Notes: a model not told the origin generated them from the letters alone. Counted from the first letter of the stretch, positions 1-9,519 are shown. The stretch: 22,083 nucleotides of DNA from Candidatus Methylomirabilia bacterium (GCA_041497895.1 JBGQHJ010000083.1:1-22083); one strand, 5' to 3'. Numbers and translations are program-made.

Positions 1-1050
1 CGGCGGGTCCCCGATCGAGCTGTCGTTGTGGAGCGCGGGCTCGATGAAGTCGTGGCGGCTCGTCCGCTCGACCCATTCGGCGGCCATGTCCTCGGTGATG
101 TTGGTCGAGAAGCCCGGGTCCTCGATGTCGTAGGTCGCGGGAATCAGGTTCTCGATCTGGTAGTCGAGGAAGGTGTAGTCGCGCATGCCGTGCACGTCGT
201 GACGGAACGACAGCACGCCGTCGTGGGCGCCGAAGGAGCGCAGGCGGGTCTGCCAGAGCGAGTCCCAGCCCACCTCGAGCAGCAGGCGGCGCAGGAAGAG
301 GAGCAGCGTGTCGCCCCAGTGGGTCGGGTTCGCCCAGTGGCGGACCGCCTCCACGTTGAGATGCGCCTGGAGCATGCCGCCCACCAGCTCGAGGACCTGG
401 TTGGCCACGTAGGCGGTACGCGCGGTGAGGACGATGGCGGGCCCGAGCGGCGTGGCGGTCGCGGTGGTGGCGTCGGTCAGGTCGCCGGTGAGCTCGACCA
501 GGTCCGCGAGGACGCGGCTGCCCGCGGCGGGCTCTATCTGCTGGACCGCGTGGCCGGCGTAGCCGCTCACGTAGAGGGGTTCCCACGCGGGTCCCGCGAA
601 CGGCGAGCCGGGTCGCCAGCGCCAGCCGGTGTAGCCGGTCACCGGGCGCGGCGTCCGGCGGGCGAGCCCGAGCAGCCCCGGCGGCAGGTTGGTCCGGCCG
701 GTGACGACGAGGCGGCGATCGCCGCCGCCGAGCCACGCCTCGAGACGCGCCACGGTCTCGTCGGCGAGGTGCCCGGCGTCGGGGACGAGCAGGGCGCGGA
801 TGCCGCCGAGGCGCTCCGCGGCGAGATCGGTCTCCTCCACGAGGTCGTGCTTGAGGTTGCAGCGGTGCAGCAGCACCGCGGCGCCGGCCGGGGCCAGGTA
901 GGCGTGCTCGCCCTTGAGCCAGGTGCGAGGACGGCCCCACGCGTCGATGAAGCGGTAGGTCTCGCCCCGGGACACGGCCAGGGCCGCGTAGGCGTCGCGG
1001 CTCCGCCGGCTCCACAGCACCGCGACGTCGTGGCCTCGGGGACGGATCAC
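1..1050 (-). CDS. Hypothetical protein with a likely N-terminal GATase-like domain and a polysaccharide-deacetylase-like domain; 3' end runs off the window
   Basis: Absent from the ORF track (no stop inside the window). Manual translation from GTG at 1050 is open to base 1 with GC3-rich codons: MIRPRGHDVAVLWSRRSRDAY...IRALLVPDAGHLADETVARLEAWLGGGDRRLVVTG...GVLSFRHDVHG...FIEPALHND. The SFRHDVH and EPALH segments resemble the RHDVD and ExxLH motifs of NodB-like deacetylase barrels. Confidence 0.7.
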   Translation of the reverse strand, partial: MIRPRGHDVAVLWSRRSRDAYAALAVSRGETYRFIDAWGRPRTWLKGEHAYLAPAGAAVLLHRCNLKHDLVEETDLAAERLGGIRALLVPDAGHLADETVARLEAWLGGGDRRLVVTGRTNLPPGLLGLARRTPRPVTGYTGWRWRPGSPFAGPAWEPLYVSGYAGHAVQQIEPAAGSRVLADLVELTGDLTDATTATATPLGPAIVLTARTAYVANQVLELVGGMLQAHLNVEAVRHWANPTHWGDTLLLFLRRLLLEVGWDSLWQTRLRSFGAHDGVLSFRHDVHGMRDYTFLDYQIENLIPATYDIEDPGFSTNITEDMAAEWVERTSRHDFIEPALHNDSSIGDPP

Positions 1051-1057
1051 GCCGGGC

Positions 1058-1120
1058 AGTCTATCCGGCGGACGCCGCGGCTGTCGAGCCTCGCGGCGTG
1101 GTGACCGGCCGCGGTATAGT
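1058..1120. promoter_or_regulatory. Divergent -10 elements for two probably leaderless genes
   Basis: TATAGT (+, 1115-1120) lies 6 nt before GTG 1127. TAGACT (-, 1063-1058) lies 7 nt before GTG 1050. Neither start has a Shine-Dalgarno sequence. Confidence 0.55.
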
Positions 1121-1126
1121 CGGGCG

Positions 1127-1750
1127 GTGACCACCGCGGCCGATCCCTCACGCGAGCGCTGGAACCGGCGCTGGGCCGGCGAGCGCGCGCACGCCTCGCG
1201 CGCGCCCAGCGAGTTCCTGATCACGGAGACCGAGGGGCTGCCACCCGGGCGGGCGCTCGACGTGGCCTGCGGGGCGGGGCGCAACGCGGTCTGGCTGGCG
1301 CGACGGGGATGGCGGGTCACCGGCGTGGACTTCTCGGACGTGGCGCTGCGCGCGGCCCGCGAGCTGGCCGCGTCCGCCGGCGTCGAGGTCGAGTGGATCG
1401 AGGCGGACGCGGTGACCTGGATCCCGGCGCGCCGGGCCTACGACCTGGTCACCGTGATGTACCTGCAGCTGCCCGTCGCGGAGCGCCGGGCCGCGCTGGG
1501 GCACGCCGCCGACGCGGTGCGGCCGGGCGGCACGCTGCTGGTGGTGGGCCACGACCTGCTGAACCTCACCGAGGGCTGGGGCGGACCCACCCAGGCGGAG
1601 GTGCTCTTCACGCCCGACGACGTCGTGGCCGAGATCGGCGGGCTCGTGATCGAGAGCGCGCGGCGGGTGCGCCGCGCCGCGGCCGAGGGCGCGGGCGGGC
1701 GCGAGGCCATCGACGCGCTCGTCCGGGCGCGGCGGCCGGCGGCCGGCTGA
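1127..1750 (+). CDS. Class I SAM-dependent methyltransferase (TehB/Methyltransf_25-like)
   Basis: Motif I ALDVACGAGRN, then VTGVDFS, EADA and YDLV. The N-terminal WNRRW and the RPGGTLL segment are typical of this family. Confidence 0.9.
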   Translation: MTTAADPSRERWNRRWAGERAHASRAPSEFLITETEGLPPGRALDVACGAGRNAVWLARRGWRVTGVDFSDVALRAARELAASAGVEVEWIEADAVTWIPARRAYDLVTVMYLQLPVAERRAALGHAADAVRPGGTLLVVGHDLLNLTEGWGGPTQAEVLFTPDDVVAEIGGLVIESARRVRRAAAEGAGGREAIDALVRARRPAAG

Positions 1751-1759
1751 GCCGGCCGC
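1739..1759. terminator. GC hairpin at the junction of two convergent genes
   Basis: GCGGCCGGC-TGA-GCCGGCCGC forms a perfect 9-bp stem with the methyltransferase stop codon as its loop. There is no U-tract. Confidence 0.35.
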
Positions 1760-2691
1760 TATCCGGTCTCGCGCTTGGCGGCGTCGCGGGCCGCCGCGCC
1801 CCGTACCGCCACCCCGGTCCACTGCTCGTAGAGCCGCGTCACCCCCGCCATGTCGAGCTGCCCGAATCCCTGGGCGTGCGCGGCCTCGTAGACCTGCCGC
1901 ACGGTGGACGCGAGCGGCACCGGCATCTCGAGCCCCGCGGCCATCGCGAGGGCGAGCGAGACGTCCTTGCGCGACAGGCCGATGCTGAAGTTCGGCGTGA
2001 AGTCGCCCGCCAGCACGTTGGGGAAACGCTTGAGGAAGTGGTGCGACCGCCCGCCGCTGGTCGACAGGATGTCGAAGAGTCGCTGCGGGTCCACACCCGC
2101 CTTCACCCCCAGCACCATCGCCTCGGCCGCCACCGCCACGTTGGCCATCGACATCATGTTGTTGACGATCTTGACGACCAGGCCCGAGCCGAGGGGGCCG
2201 ATGTGGTGGAGATCGGTGCCGAGCGTGAGGAGCAGGGGACGGACGCGCTCGAGGACCGCGGCGTCGCCGCCGATCAGGAAGACGAGCTTGCCGTTGCCCG
2301 CCTCGAGCGGGCCCCCGCTGACCGGCGCGTCGAGGCAGTCGACGCCGCCGGGCTGGGCCGCGGCGGCGACCTCGCGCCAGGTGTCGGGGTCGATCGTGCT
2401 CATGTCGACGAGTGTCGTGCCCGGGCGGGTCGCCGACAGCACCCCGTCGGCGCCCAGGTAGGCGCGGCGCACCGCGGCGGGATCGGGCAGGCTCGAGAGG
2501 ACGACGTCCGCGGCCTTCGCCGCGGCGGCCGGGGAGGCGGCCAGGGTCACCCCCGCCGCGGCGGCCTGCCGCGCGCGGTCCGCGCTCACGTCGTAGCCCG
2601 TGACCTCGTAGCCGCTCGACGCGAGGCGTCGCGCCATCTGGCCGCCCATCGTCCCGAGCCCCACGAATCCGATCTTCGGTCTGGTTGTCAC
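1759..2691 (-). CDS. NAD(P)-dependent beta-hydroxyacid dehydrogenase (3-hydroxyisobutyrate/tartronate semialdehyde reductase family)
   Basis: IGFVGLGTMG Rossmann motif, DMSTI, LDAPVSGG, catalytic KIVNN, and FxxxLSRKD. Upstream GGAGG ribosome-binding site. Confidence 0.92.
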   Translation of the reverse strand: MTTRPKIGFVGLGTMGGQMARRLASSGYEVTGYDVSADRARQAAAAGVTLAASPAAAAKAADVVLSSLPDPAAVRRAYLGADGVLSATRPGTTLVDMSTIDPDTWREVAAAAQPGGVDCLDAPVSGGPLEAGNGKLVFLIGGDAAVLERVRPLLLTLGTDLHHIGPLGSGLVVKIVNNMMSMANVAVAAEAMVLGVKAGVDPQRLFDILSTSGGRSHHFLKRFPNVLAGDFTPNFSIGLSRKDVSLALAMAAGLEMPVPLASTVRQVYEAAHAQGFGQLDMAGVTRLYEQWTGVAVRGAAARDAAKRETG

Positions 2692-2722
2692 GATCGATCC
2701 TCCGCTCCGGAGCGCCTCGCGG

Positions 2723-4192
2723 TCAGGCGCCGGCCGCCTCGGCGCCGGCCAGGCGACCGAAGACGGCGCCCGACATGAGGCCGGTCCCGCCGGGGTAGTT
2801 GCCGTGGAAGAGCCCGCCCACCATCTCCCCGCAGGCGTAGAGGCCGGGGATGACCGCCCAGCTCATGCTCACGACCTGCGCGCGGTCGGTGACGCGCACG
2901 CCGCCGAAGGTGAAGGTGATGCCGCCGGTCACCGGGTAGGCCACGAAGGGCGGGGTGTCGAGGCGCTGGGCCCAGTTCGACTTGGCGAGCGTCAGCCCGC
3001 GGGTGGCGAGGCCGTCGCGCACGGTGGGATCGAAGCGGCCCGGCGTCACCGCGGCGTTGTAGGCCTCGAGGGTGCGCCGGCACACCGCGCGATCGAGCGG
3101 GAGCTTCTCGACGAGGGCCTCGAGCGTGTCCGCCACCTGCGGCGTGCCGGTCTGGTAGCGCCCCTCGAGCAGGTGGGTGACCTTGGAATCGAAGATCTGC
3201 CAGCCGATGCCGCCCGGCTCGTTGAGGATGATCCCGCCCAGCTTGGCGTAGGTGTAGAACTGGAAGTCCTCGCCCTCGTCGAAGAAGCGCTGCCCGCGCG
3301 AGTTGACCAGCACCCCGTACGGATACGAGAGGCGGTTGGTCTTGTCGGTGAGCTTGCGATCGCCGTGCGGGGGCGCGTCGGCGTCGATGGGGGTGGAGTG
3401 GCAGCCGGTCCACTGCCCGTGCGGCAGGGCGCCCACCTCCATCGCCATGCGGAGCCCGTCGCCGGTGTTGTAGCGCGTGCCCCGCACCTTGGCGTGGTCC
3501 CACGGCCGCCCGAGGTAGCGGGCCCGCCACTCCGGGTTGGCCTCGAAGCCGCCGCAGCCCAGCACCACCGCGCGGGCGCTGAGCTCCTCGAGCCCGCTCG
3601 GCCCGCGGGCGGCGACGCCGACCACGCGCCCGGTCCGGTCCTGCAGCAGGCGCTCCGCCGCGGTGTCGTAGCGCACCTCGACGCCCTGGCGCTCGGCGAT
3701 GCGGAACCACATCGCGGACAGCCCCACGCCCTCGTGGCGGGCGCGGATCACCGCCCCCGGCGACCACTTGTACGTGTCGCCCACCTTCACCGCGGAGAGC
3801 GAGACCGCGGGCTCCATCTCGATGCCCTGCCGGGCCATCCAGCAGGCGGTGTCGTAGGAGCGGCCGATCAGCAGCTCGGCCAGCTCGGGATCGGTGCGCC
3901 CGTCCGTGACCCGCAGGAGGTCGGCCATGAAGAGGCGGTGCGGGTACGGCTCGACGCCCGCGTAGAAGCCGGGCACCTCCCGCTCCGCGTCCGGCACGAG
4001 CGGCCGCAGGTCGTCGGCGCGGTCGAACGCGATGCGCAGCAGGCCGCCGCTGTAGTGCGTGTTGCCGCCGCGCAGCGCGCGCGGCGCCTTCTCGAGGGCG
4101 ACGACGCGACGCGCGCCCTGCTCGCGGGCCGATACCGCCGCCGCGAGGGCCGCGTTGCCCGCGCCCACCACGAGGACGTCGAGATCGCTCAC
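2723..4192 (-). CDS. tcuA: FAD-dependent tricarballylate dehydrogenase TcuA-like flavoprotein
   Basis: The likely start is GTG 4192 (TAGTG overlap with the upstream stop), not 5176. Motifs: DVLVVGAGNAAL, RGGNTHYSGG, LGCGGFEAN, VRGTRYNTGDG, GITFTFGG, GEMVGGLFHGNYPGGTGLMSGAVFGR. Confidence 0.85.
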   Translation of the reverse strand: MSDLDVLVVGAGNAALAAAVSAREQGARRVVALEKAPRALRGGNTHYSGGLLRIAFDRADDLRPLVPDAEREVPGFYAGVEPYPHRLFMADLLRVTDGRTDPELAELLIGRSYDTACWMARQGIEMEPAVSLSAVKVGDTYKWSPGAVIRARHEGVGLSAMWFRIAERQGVEVRYDTAAERLLQDRTGRVVGVAARGPSGLEELSARAVVLGCGGFEANPEWRARYLGRPWDHAKVRGTRYNTGDGLRMAMEVGALPHGQWTGCHSTPIDADAPPHGDRKLTDKTNRLSYPYGVLVNSRGQRFFDEGEDFQFYTYAKLGGIILNEPGGIGWQIFDSKVTHLLEGRYQTGTPQVADTLEALVEKLPLDRAVCRRTLEAYNAAVTPGRFDPTVRDGLATRGLTLAKSNWAQRLDTPPFVAYPVTGGITFTFGGVRVTDRAQVVSMSWAVIPGLYACGEMVGGLFHGNYPGGTGLMSGAVFGRLAGAEAAGA

Positions 4193-5241
4193 TAGCGGTA
4201 CGCGGCCAGCACCGCCTGCGCCATGTCGCGCGTGCGGGCGCTGCCGCCCTGGTCCGGAGTCAGCACCTTGCCGTCGCGGTAGACGCGGCCGACCGCCGCC
4301 TCGAGCCGCTGGGCCTCCGCGGTCAGGCCCATGTGCTCGAGCATGAGGGCGGCGGAGAGGATGGTCGCGGTCGGGTTCGCGATGCCCTTGCCCGCGATGT
4401 CGGGCGCCGAGCCGTGCACCGACTCGAAGTAGGCCCAGTTGTCGCCGAAGTTGGCGGAGGGAGCCAGGCCGAGGCCGCCCGCGGTCTCCGCGCCGAGGTC
4501 CGACAGGATGTCGCCGTAGAGGTTCATGCAGAGCACCACGTCCATCGCCTTGGGGAAGCGCACCAGGCGCCGGGCCGCGTCGTCGACGTGGAAGTGCTCG
4601 AAGGTGAGGCCCGCCTCGCGCACGACGCGCCCGACGATCTCGTCGTAGAGGCCGTCGGTGCGGGGGAGCACGTTCGACTTGGTCACGCACGTCACCTTGC
4701 CGGGCTTGCCGCGCGCCTGCCGCTTGCGGGCCAGGTCGCAGGCGAAGCGGGCGATGCGCTCGGCGCCGCGCGGGGTGACGATCTTGACCGCGAAGCGGCC
4801 CTCGGTGCCGAAGTCCTTCACGGTGCGCCCGGTGCGGTCGTGGAGATTCGGCATCAGGCGTACCAGGTCGGCCAGGTCGCCCTCGCGACCGGGGTAGAGG
4901 CCCTCGCTGTTCTCGCGCAGGAGCACGTAGTCGATGCCGTCCGGATCGGCGAGCGGCGAGCGCATCCCCGGGAAGAAGCGGATCGGCCGCACCCCGGCCC
5001 AGGCCGCCATCTCCCAGCGCAGCCAGGAGACGACCGGCGAGGTGGAGGGGCCGGCGGCCCCGAAGAGCACGCCGTCGGCCTCGCGGGCCGCGCGCTTGGT
5101 CTCCTCCGGCAGGGGCGCGCCCTGCGGCGGGGTCAGGATCTTGAGCGGCAGCCCGGTGCCCATCAGCAGGTCGCACGTGGCGTCCACGACCTCGGGGCCG
5201 ATGCCTTCACCGGGCAGCGCGACGATCGTCTTCATGGCCAT
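4192..5241 (-). CDS. Isocitrate/isopropylmalate/tartrate dehydrogenase family decarboxylating dehydrogenase
   Basis: LPGEGIGPEV, RENSEGLY, KSNVL, NLYGDILSD, HGSAPDIAGKGIANP. GGAGG sits 7 nt before ATG 5241; 5247 and 5235 are alternative starts. Confidence 0.9.
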   Translation of the reverse strand: MAMKTIVALPGEGIGPEVVDATCDLLMGTGLPLKILTPPQGAPLPEETKRAAREADGVLFGAAGPSTSPVVSWLRWEMAAWAGVRPIRFFPGMRSPLADPDGIDYVLLRENSEGLYPGREGDLADLVRLMPNLHDRTGRTVKDFGTEGRFAVKIVTPRGAERIARFACDLARKRQARGKPGKVTCVTKSNVLPRTDGLYDEIVGRVVREAGLTFEHFHVDDAARRLVRFPKAMDVVLCMNLYGDILSDLGAETAGGLGLAPSANFGDNWAYFESVHGSAPDIAGKGIANPTATILSAALMLEHMGLTAEAQRLEAAVGRVYRDGKVLTPDQGGSARTRDMAQAVLAAYR

Positions 5242-5371
5242 GACCATACCTCCCTGGATGACGGCCGCGGCGGCTGAGGGCCCCGAGATGGGGCCCGGCC
5301 TCTCCGGAGGCTTACCATAGCACTGCCGGGGCCCGAGGGATTATCATGGCCGGGCCGGAGGAGGGCGCTCA

Positions 5372-6514
5372 ATGGACTACACGCGAATCTCGGCCGACTG
5401 CCACATCGACATGCCGTGGATGCCGCCCGACCTGTTCACGGCCAACGCCACCGCGGCCCTGCGCGACCGCATGCCCTACGTGACCGACGGCCCCGACGGC
5501 CCGCGCTGGACGTCGCGCAACGGCGCCGCCTTCGGTCTCTGGGGAGGCGTGGGCCCCTCCGGCCAGAAGTACGTCCCGGGCGTCCACTACCGGGCCGACG
5601 TCATGGCGGCGACCGGTCTGTACGATGACGGCCGGAAGGGAATCTCCCGACCAACCGATCCCCATCTGCGGGTGGCCGACATGGAGCGCGACGGCGTGCA
5701 GGCCGAGGTGATCTTCGGCATCCTCGGCGCGGCCACGCGGCTCGGCGACCACGAGGCGGCCGCGGAGATGTTCCGCATCTACAACGACTGGCTCGTCGAC
5801 TTCTGCCACCACTACCCGGAGCGGCACGTGGGGCTGGCGTGCCTGCCCTACGGCGACATCGGCGCGGCGGTGCGGGAGGTCCACCGGGTGGCGAAGATGG
5901 GCCTGCGCGGGCTCGAGCTCTCGTGCTCGTGGGACATGGAGCCGATGTGGCATCCGGTGTGGGAGCCGCTCTGGCAGGCGGTGAGCGAGGTCTCGCTGCC
6001 GCTGCACTTCCACACCTTCCCGACCATGCCGCCCGGCGTGCGCGAGAAGGCCACCGGCCTCACGAAGCGCGCCGCGATGTTCACGAGCGTCTCGGGCTTC
6101 CAGATGAACCTGGTCAACATCCTCGCGGCGGTCATCGGCGCGGCGGTCCTCGAGCGGTATCCCAACCTCCGCATCTCGTTCGGCGAGAGCGGCATCGGCT
6201 GGCTGCCCTACGTGCTCGACCGGATGGACTTCGAGTGGGAGGACCGCTTCCGCGATCTCGGGCTCACCATGCGGCCCAGCGACTACTGGCGCCGGCAGTG
6301 CAAGGCCACCTTCCAGTTCGATCGCATCGGCACCCAGATGATCCACGAGATCGGCGAGGACACGCTGATGTGGGGCTCCGACTATCCGCACGGCGACGGG
6401 GTGTGGCCCGAGTCGTCCAAGTACATCGAGGAGCAGTTCGGGCACCTGCCCCCCGCGACGGTCCGCAAGATCGTCTGCGAGAACGCGGGCAAGTTCTACG
6501 GTCTCATGGCGTAG
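5372..6514 (+). CDS. Amidohydrolase_2 family metal-dependent hydrolase/decarboxylase
   Basis: ISADCH, DMERDGVQAEV, YNDWL, PLHFH, ESGIGWLP, MWGSDYPH, ENAGKFY. Strong GGAGGAG ribosome-binding site. Confidence 0.9.
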   Translation: MDYTRISADCHIDMPWMPPDLFTANATAALRDRMPYVTDGPDGPRWTSRNGAAFGLWGGVGPSGQKYVPGVHYRADVMAATGLYDDGRKGISRPTDPHLRVADMERDGVQAEVIFGILGAATRLGDHEAAAEMFRIYNDWLVDFCHHYPERHVGLACLPYGDIGAAVREVHRVAKMGLRGLELSCSWDMEPMWHPVWEPLWQAVSEVSLPLHFHTFPTMPPGVREKATGLTKRAAMFTSVSGFQMNLVNILAAVIGAAVLERYPNLRISFGESGIGWLPYVLDRMDFEWEDRFRDLGLTMRPSDYWRRQCKATFQFDRIGTQMIHEIGEDTLMWGSDYPHGDGVWPESSKYIEEQFGHLPPATVRKIVCENAGKFYGLMA

Positions 6515-6585
6515 CCGGGCGTCGCCGGTCCGCGCCCCCTGCCGTCCTCACTGACGCCCGTCTGCCCCGTCGGACCGTCCGCTCC

Positions 6586-6614
6586 TTGACACGCCCCGAG
6601 GGGCGTGCTATTCG
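6586..6614 (+). promoter_or_regulatory. Sigma70-type promoter of iorAB containing an inverted repeat
   Basis: TTGACA (6586-6591), 17-nt spacer, TGc-TATTCG (6609-6614). CACGCCCC-GA-GGGGCGTG spans 6590-6607. Confidence 0.6.
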
Positions 6615-6671
6615 GCCCATTGGCGCAAGGCACACGCGAGTCGTTCCTTCAACGACGAGAGGAGAATCGCG

Positions 6672-7136
6672 ATGACCCCAGTCACCGTCAACGGCCGGCG
6701 CTACGACGTCGACCTCCCCGATGACACTCCGCTGCTGTGGGCGCTCCGCGACGAGCTGGGCCTGACCGGGACCAAGTTCGGCTGCGGCATGGCGCTCTGC
6801 GGCGCCTGCACCGTCCACGTGGACGGCCAGCCGGTACGCGCCTGCCAGACCCCGATCTCGGCGGTGGGGACCAGCAAGATCACCACCATCGAGGGAGTCG
6901 GCGCCGACCGGGTGGGCCGCGCCGTGCAGGCGGCCTGGGTCGACCTGGGGGTTCCCCAGTGCGGTTACTGCCAGGCAGGCCAGATCATGTCCGCGACCGC
7001 GCTGCTCAAGCGCAACCGGAAGCCGACCGACGCGGAGATCGACGAGGCGATGAGCGGCAACATCTGCCGCTGCGGGACCTACGTCCGGCTGCGCGCCGCC
7101 ATCAAGCAGGCGGCGGCCAACGGAGCGGCCCGATGA
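6672..7136 (+). CDS. iorA: (2Fe-2S) small subunit of an isoquinoline 1-oxidoreductase/aldehyde oxidoreductase-type molybdoenzyme
   Basis: [26 protein letters not shown] and GNICRCGTY motifs. AGAGGAG ribosome-binding site. Confidence 0.93.
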   Translation: MTPVTVNGRRYDVDLPDDTPLLWALRDELGLTGTKFGCGMALCGACTVHVDGQPVRACQTPISAVGTSKITTIEGVGADRVGRAVQAAWVDLGVPQCGYCQAGQIMSATALLKRNRKPTDAEIDEAMSGNICRCGTYVRLRAAIKQAAANGAAR

Positions 7137-9463
7137 GCGCGCCCCGGGTGGAAGGCGCGACCGGTCGTCCGATCGTCATTGCCAATGTGAGTGGCGCCGA
7201 TGTGAGCCGGCGGCGATTCCTCCAGGGTGTATCCGCGATGGGAGGCCTGGTGCTGGCGGCCGGCTTCTCCTTGGCCGCGCAGGCGGCCGACCCGCCGAAG
7301 TACGGCCGGGACGGCATGCCCAACGGCTGGAGCGACGACCCGCTGGTGTTCGTGGCCATCGGCCAGGACGGCATCGTGTCCATCGTCTGCCACCGCTCCG
7401 AGATGGGCCAGGGCGTGCGGACCGGCATGCCGATGATCGTGGCCGACGAGCTCGAGGCGGACTGGAAGCGCGTGCGGGTGGTGCAGGCCACCGGCGACGA
7501 GAAGCGCTTCGGCAATCAGGACACCGACGGCTCGCGGAGCACCCGCCATTTCTTCGAGCCGATGCGGCGTTGTGGCGCGGCGGCTCGGACCATGCTCGAG
7601 GCGGCGGCCGCCGCGAAGTGGGGCGTGCCGGTCGGTGAGGTCGAGGCCAGGAACCACGAGGTCGTGCACGCCAAGTCGGGCCGGCGCGCCGGCTACGGGT
7701 CGCTCGCGAAGGCCGCGGCCGCCCAGGCCGTCCCGGCCCGGGATACGGTGCGGCTCAAGGACCCGTCCAAGTTCCGCTACATCGGCAAGGGGAACCTGAA
7801 GCTGGTCGACGGCCCCGACATCACGACCGGCAAGGCGCAGTACGGCATCGACACCCGGCTGCCCGGCATGGTCTACGCGGTGGTGGCGCGCCCGCCGGTT
7901 TACGCCGGCAAGATGGTGAGCTACGACGCCACGGAAACCCTCAAGGTGCCGGGCGTGCTCAAGGTGGTCGAGATCGAGCCGAGCCCCGCGCCTGCCGTGT
8001 TCAATCCGCTGGGCGGGGTCGCGGTGGTTGGGCGCAACACCTGGGCGGCCATCCAGGGCCGCCAGGCGCTCAAGGTGGTGTGGGACGACGGGCCGAACGC
8101 GGGCTACGACTCGGCGGCGTTCAAGACGCAGATGGAGGAGTCCGCGCGCAAGCCGGGCAAGGTCGTGCGCGACAACGGCAACGTCGACACCGCGCTGGCG
8201 GGAGCGGCGAAGCGGGTCGACGCCGAGTACTACATCCCCCACCTGGCCCATGCCCCGATGGAGCCGCCGGCCGCGACGGTGCGCATCGTCAACGGCAAGG
8301 CGGAGGCGTGGGCCTGCGTGCAGTCGCCCCAGGCCGCGCGAGACCTGGTCGCCAAGCGGCTCGGGATCCCGGCGGAGGACGTCACCGTCAACGTGACGCT
8401 GCTGGGGGGCGGGTTCGGCCGCAAGTCCAAGCCCGACTACGTCGTCGAGGCCGCCGTCGTCTCGAAGGCGATGGACGGCAAGCCGGTGAAGGTGACGTGG
8501 ACGCGCGAGGACGACCTGATGCACACCTACTTCCACACCGTCTCGGTGGAGCACCTGGAGGCGGGGCTCGACGCGCAGGGCAAGCCGGTGGCCTGGATGC
8601 ACCGGAGCGTCGCGCCGACGATCTTCTCGACTTTCGTCGCGGGGGCCAAGAACGAGGCGGCGCTCGAGCTCGGCATGGGCGTCATCAACGTGCCGTTCGC
8701 GATCCCCAACGTTCGCATCGAGAACCCGGAGGCGGAGGCGCACACCCGCATCGGCTGGTTCCGGTCCGTCTCCAACATCCCCCACGCCTTCGCGGTGCAG
8801 TCGTTCGTCGCCGAGCTGGCCGCGGCGGCGGGGCGCGACCAGAAGGACTATCTCCTGGAAGTCATCGGTCCGGCCCGCCGGGTCAGCCCCGAGACCCTCG
8901 GCGACACCTGGAACCACGGCGAGTCCCCCGAGCGGTATCCGGTGGACACCGGCCGGCTGCGGCGCGTGGTGGAGACCGTCGCGCGCGAGGCGGGCTGGGG
9001 GCGGAAGATGCCCAAGGGGCGCGGGCTCGGCATCGCCGCGCACTACAGCTTCGTGAGCTACGTCGCCGCGGTGGTCGAGGTGGCGGTGGACGATCAGGGC
9101 GTGGTGACCGTCCCACGCATCGACGTCGCGGTGGACTGCGGCGCGACCGTCAACCCGGACCGGGTGCGGGCGCAGATGCAGGGCGCTGCGGTGATGGGCC
9201 TGGCCATCGCCACCCTGGGCGAGATGAGCTTCAAGGGCGGGCGGGCCGAGCAGCAGAACTTCGACACCTATCAGGTCACCCGCATGTCGGAGGCGCCGCG
9301 CGACATCCGGGTGCACATCCTGCCCGGTGACTACGCCCAGCCGATGGGCGGGGTGGGTGAGCCCGGCGTGCCGCCGGTGCCGCCGGCCCTCTGCAATGCC
9401 ATCTTCGCGGCGACCGGGAAGCGGATCCGGCGCCTGCCGATCCGCGATCAGCTGAAGGCCTGA
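7133..9463 (+). CDS. iorB: Molybdopterin-binding large subunit (IorB type, xanthine dehydrogenase family) with Tat signal
   Basis: Starts at ATG 7133 (ATGA overlap with iorA). SRRRFL twin-arginine motif plus AQA cleavage site; [38 protein letters not shown]. Confidence 0.92.
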   Translation: MSAPRVEGATGRPIVIANVSGADVSRRRFLQGVSAMGGLVLAAGFSLAAQAADPPKYGRDGMPNGWSDDPLVFVAIGQDGIVSIVCHRSEMGQGVRTGMPMIVADELEADWKRVRVVQATGDEKRFGNQDTDGSRSTRHFFEPMRRCGAAARTMLEAAAAAKWGVPVGEVEARNHEVVHAKSGRRAGYGSLAKAAAAQAVPARDTVRLKDPSKFRYIGKGNLKLVDGPDITTGKAQYGIDTRLPGMVYAVVARPPVYAGKMVSYDATETLKVPGVLKVVEIEPSPAPAVFNPLGGVAVVGRNTWAAIQGRQALKVVWDDGPNAGYDSAAFKTQMEESARKPGKVVRDNGNVDTALAGAAKRVDAEYYIPHLAHAPMEPPAATVRIVNGKAEAWACVQSPQAARDLVAKRLGIPAEDVTVNVTLLGGGFGRKSKPDYVVEAAVVSKAMDGKPVKVTWTREDDLMHTYFHTVSVEHLEAGLDAQGKPVAWMHRSVAPTIFSTFVAGAKNEAALELGMGVINVPFAIPNVRIENPEAEAHTRIGWFRSVSNIPHAFAVQSFVAELAAAAGRDQKDYLLEVIGPARRVSPETLGDTWNHGESPERYPVDTGRLRRVVETVAREAGWGRKMPKGRGLGIAAHYSFVSYVAAVVEVAVDDQGVVTVPRIDVAVDCGATVNPDRVRAQMQGAAVMGLAIATLGEMSFKGGRAEQQNFDTYQVTRMSEAPRDIRVHILPGDYAQPMGGVGEPGVPPVPPALCNAIFAATGKRIRRLPIRDQLKA

Positions 9464-9486
9464 GGCCGATCTAGCCGCGTCGATGG

Positions 9487-9518
9487 GGGGCCGAGGGGGC
9501 GATCGCTCCCTCGGCCCC
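9487..9518. terminator. 32-bp near-perfect palindrome between convergent genes (bidirectional terminator or REP-like element)
   Basis: GGGGCCGAGGGGGCGA/TCGCTCCCTCGGCCCC has one G-T mismatch and lies between the stops at 9463 and 9520. Confidence 0.6.
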
Positions 9519-9519
9519 G

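Noticed and set aside
28..1104. 358-aa plus-strand ORF
   Set aside because: Antisense shadow of the minus-strand gene at 1-1050; no motifs.
1748..1750. TGA of the methyltransferase inside a hairpin loop as a possible third Sec codon
   Set aside because: The domain is complete, no Cys-equivalent position exists there, and read-through would run antisense into the next gene. The other TGA stops (tcuA-like, iorA, iorB, monooxygenases, binding protein) also fall at normal family C-termini.
4193..5176. Apparent 817-aa TcuA with a long N-terminal extension
   Set aside because: The extension is an off-frame reading of the upstream dehydrogenase; the FAD motif starts right after GTG 4192.
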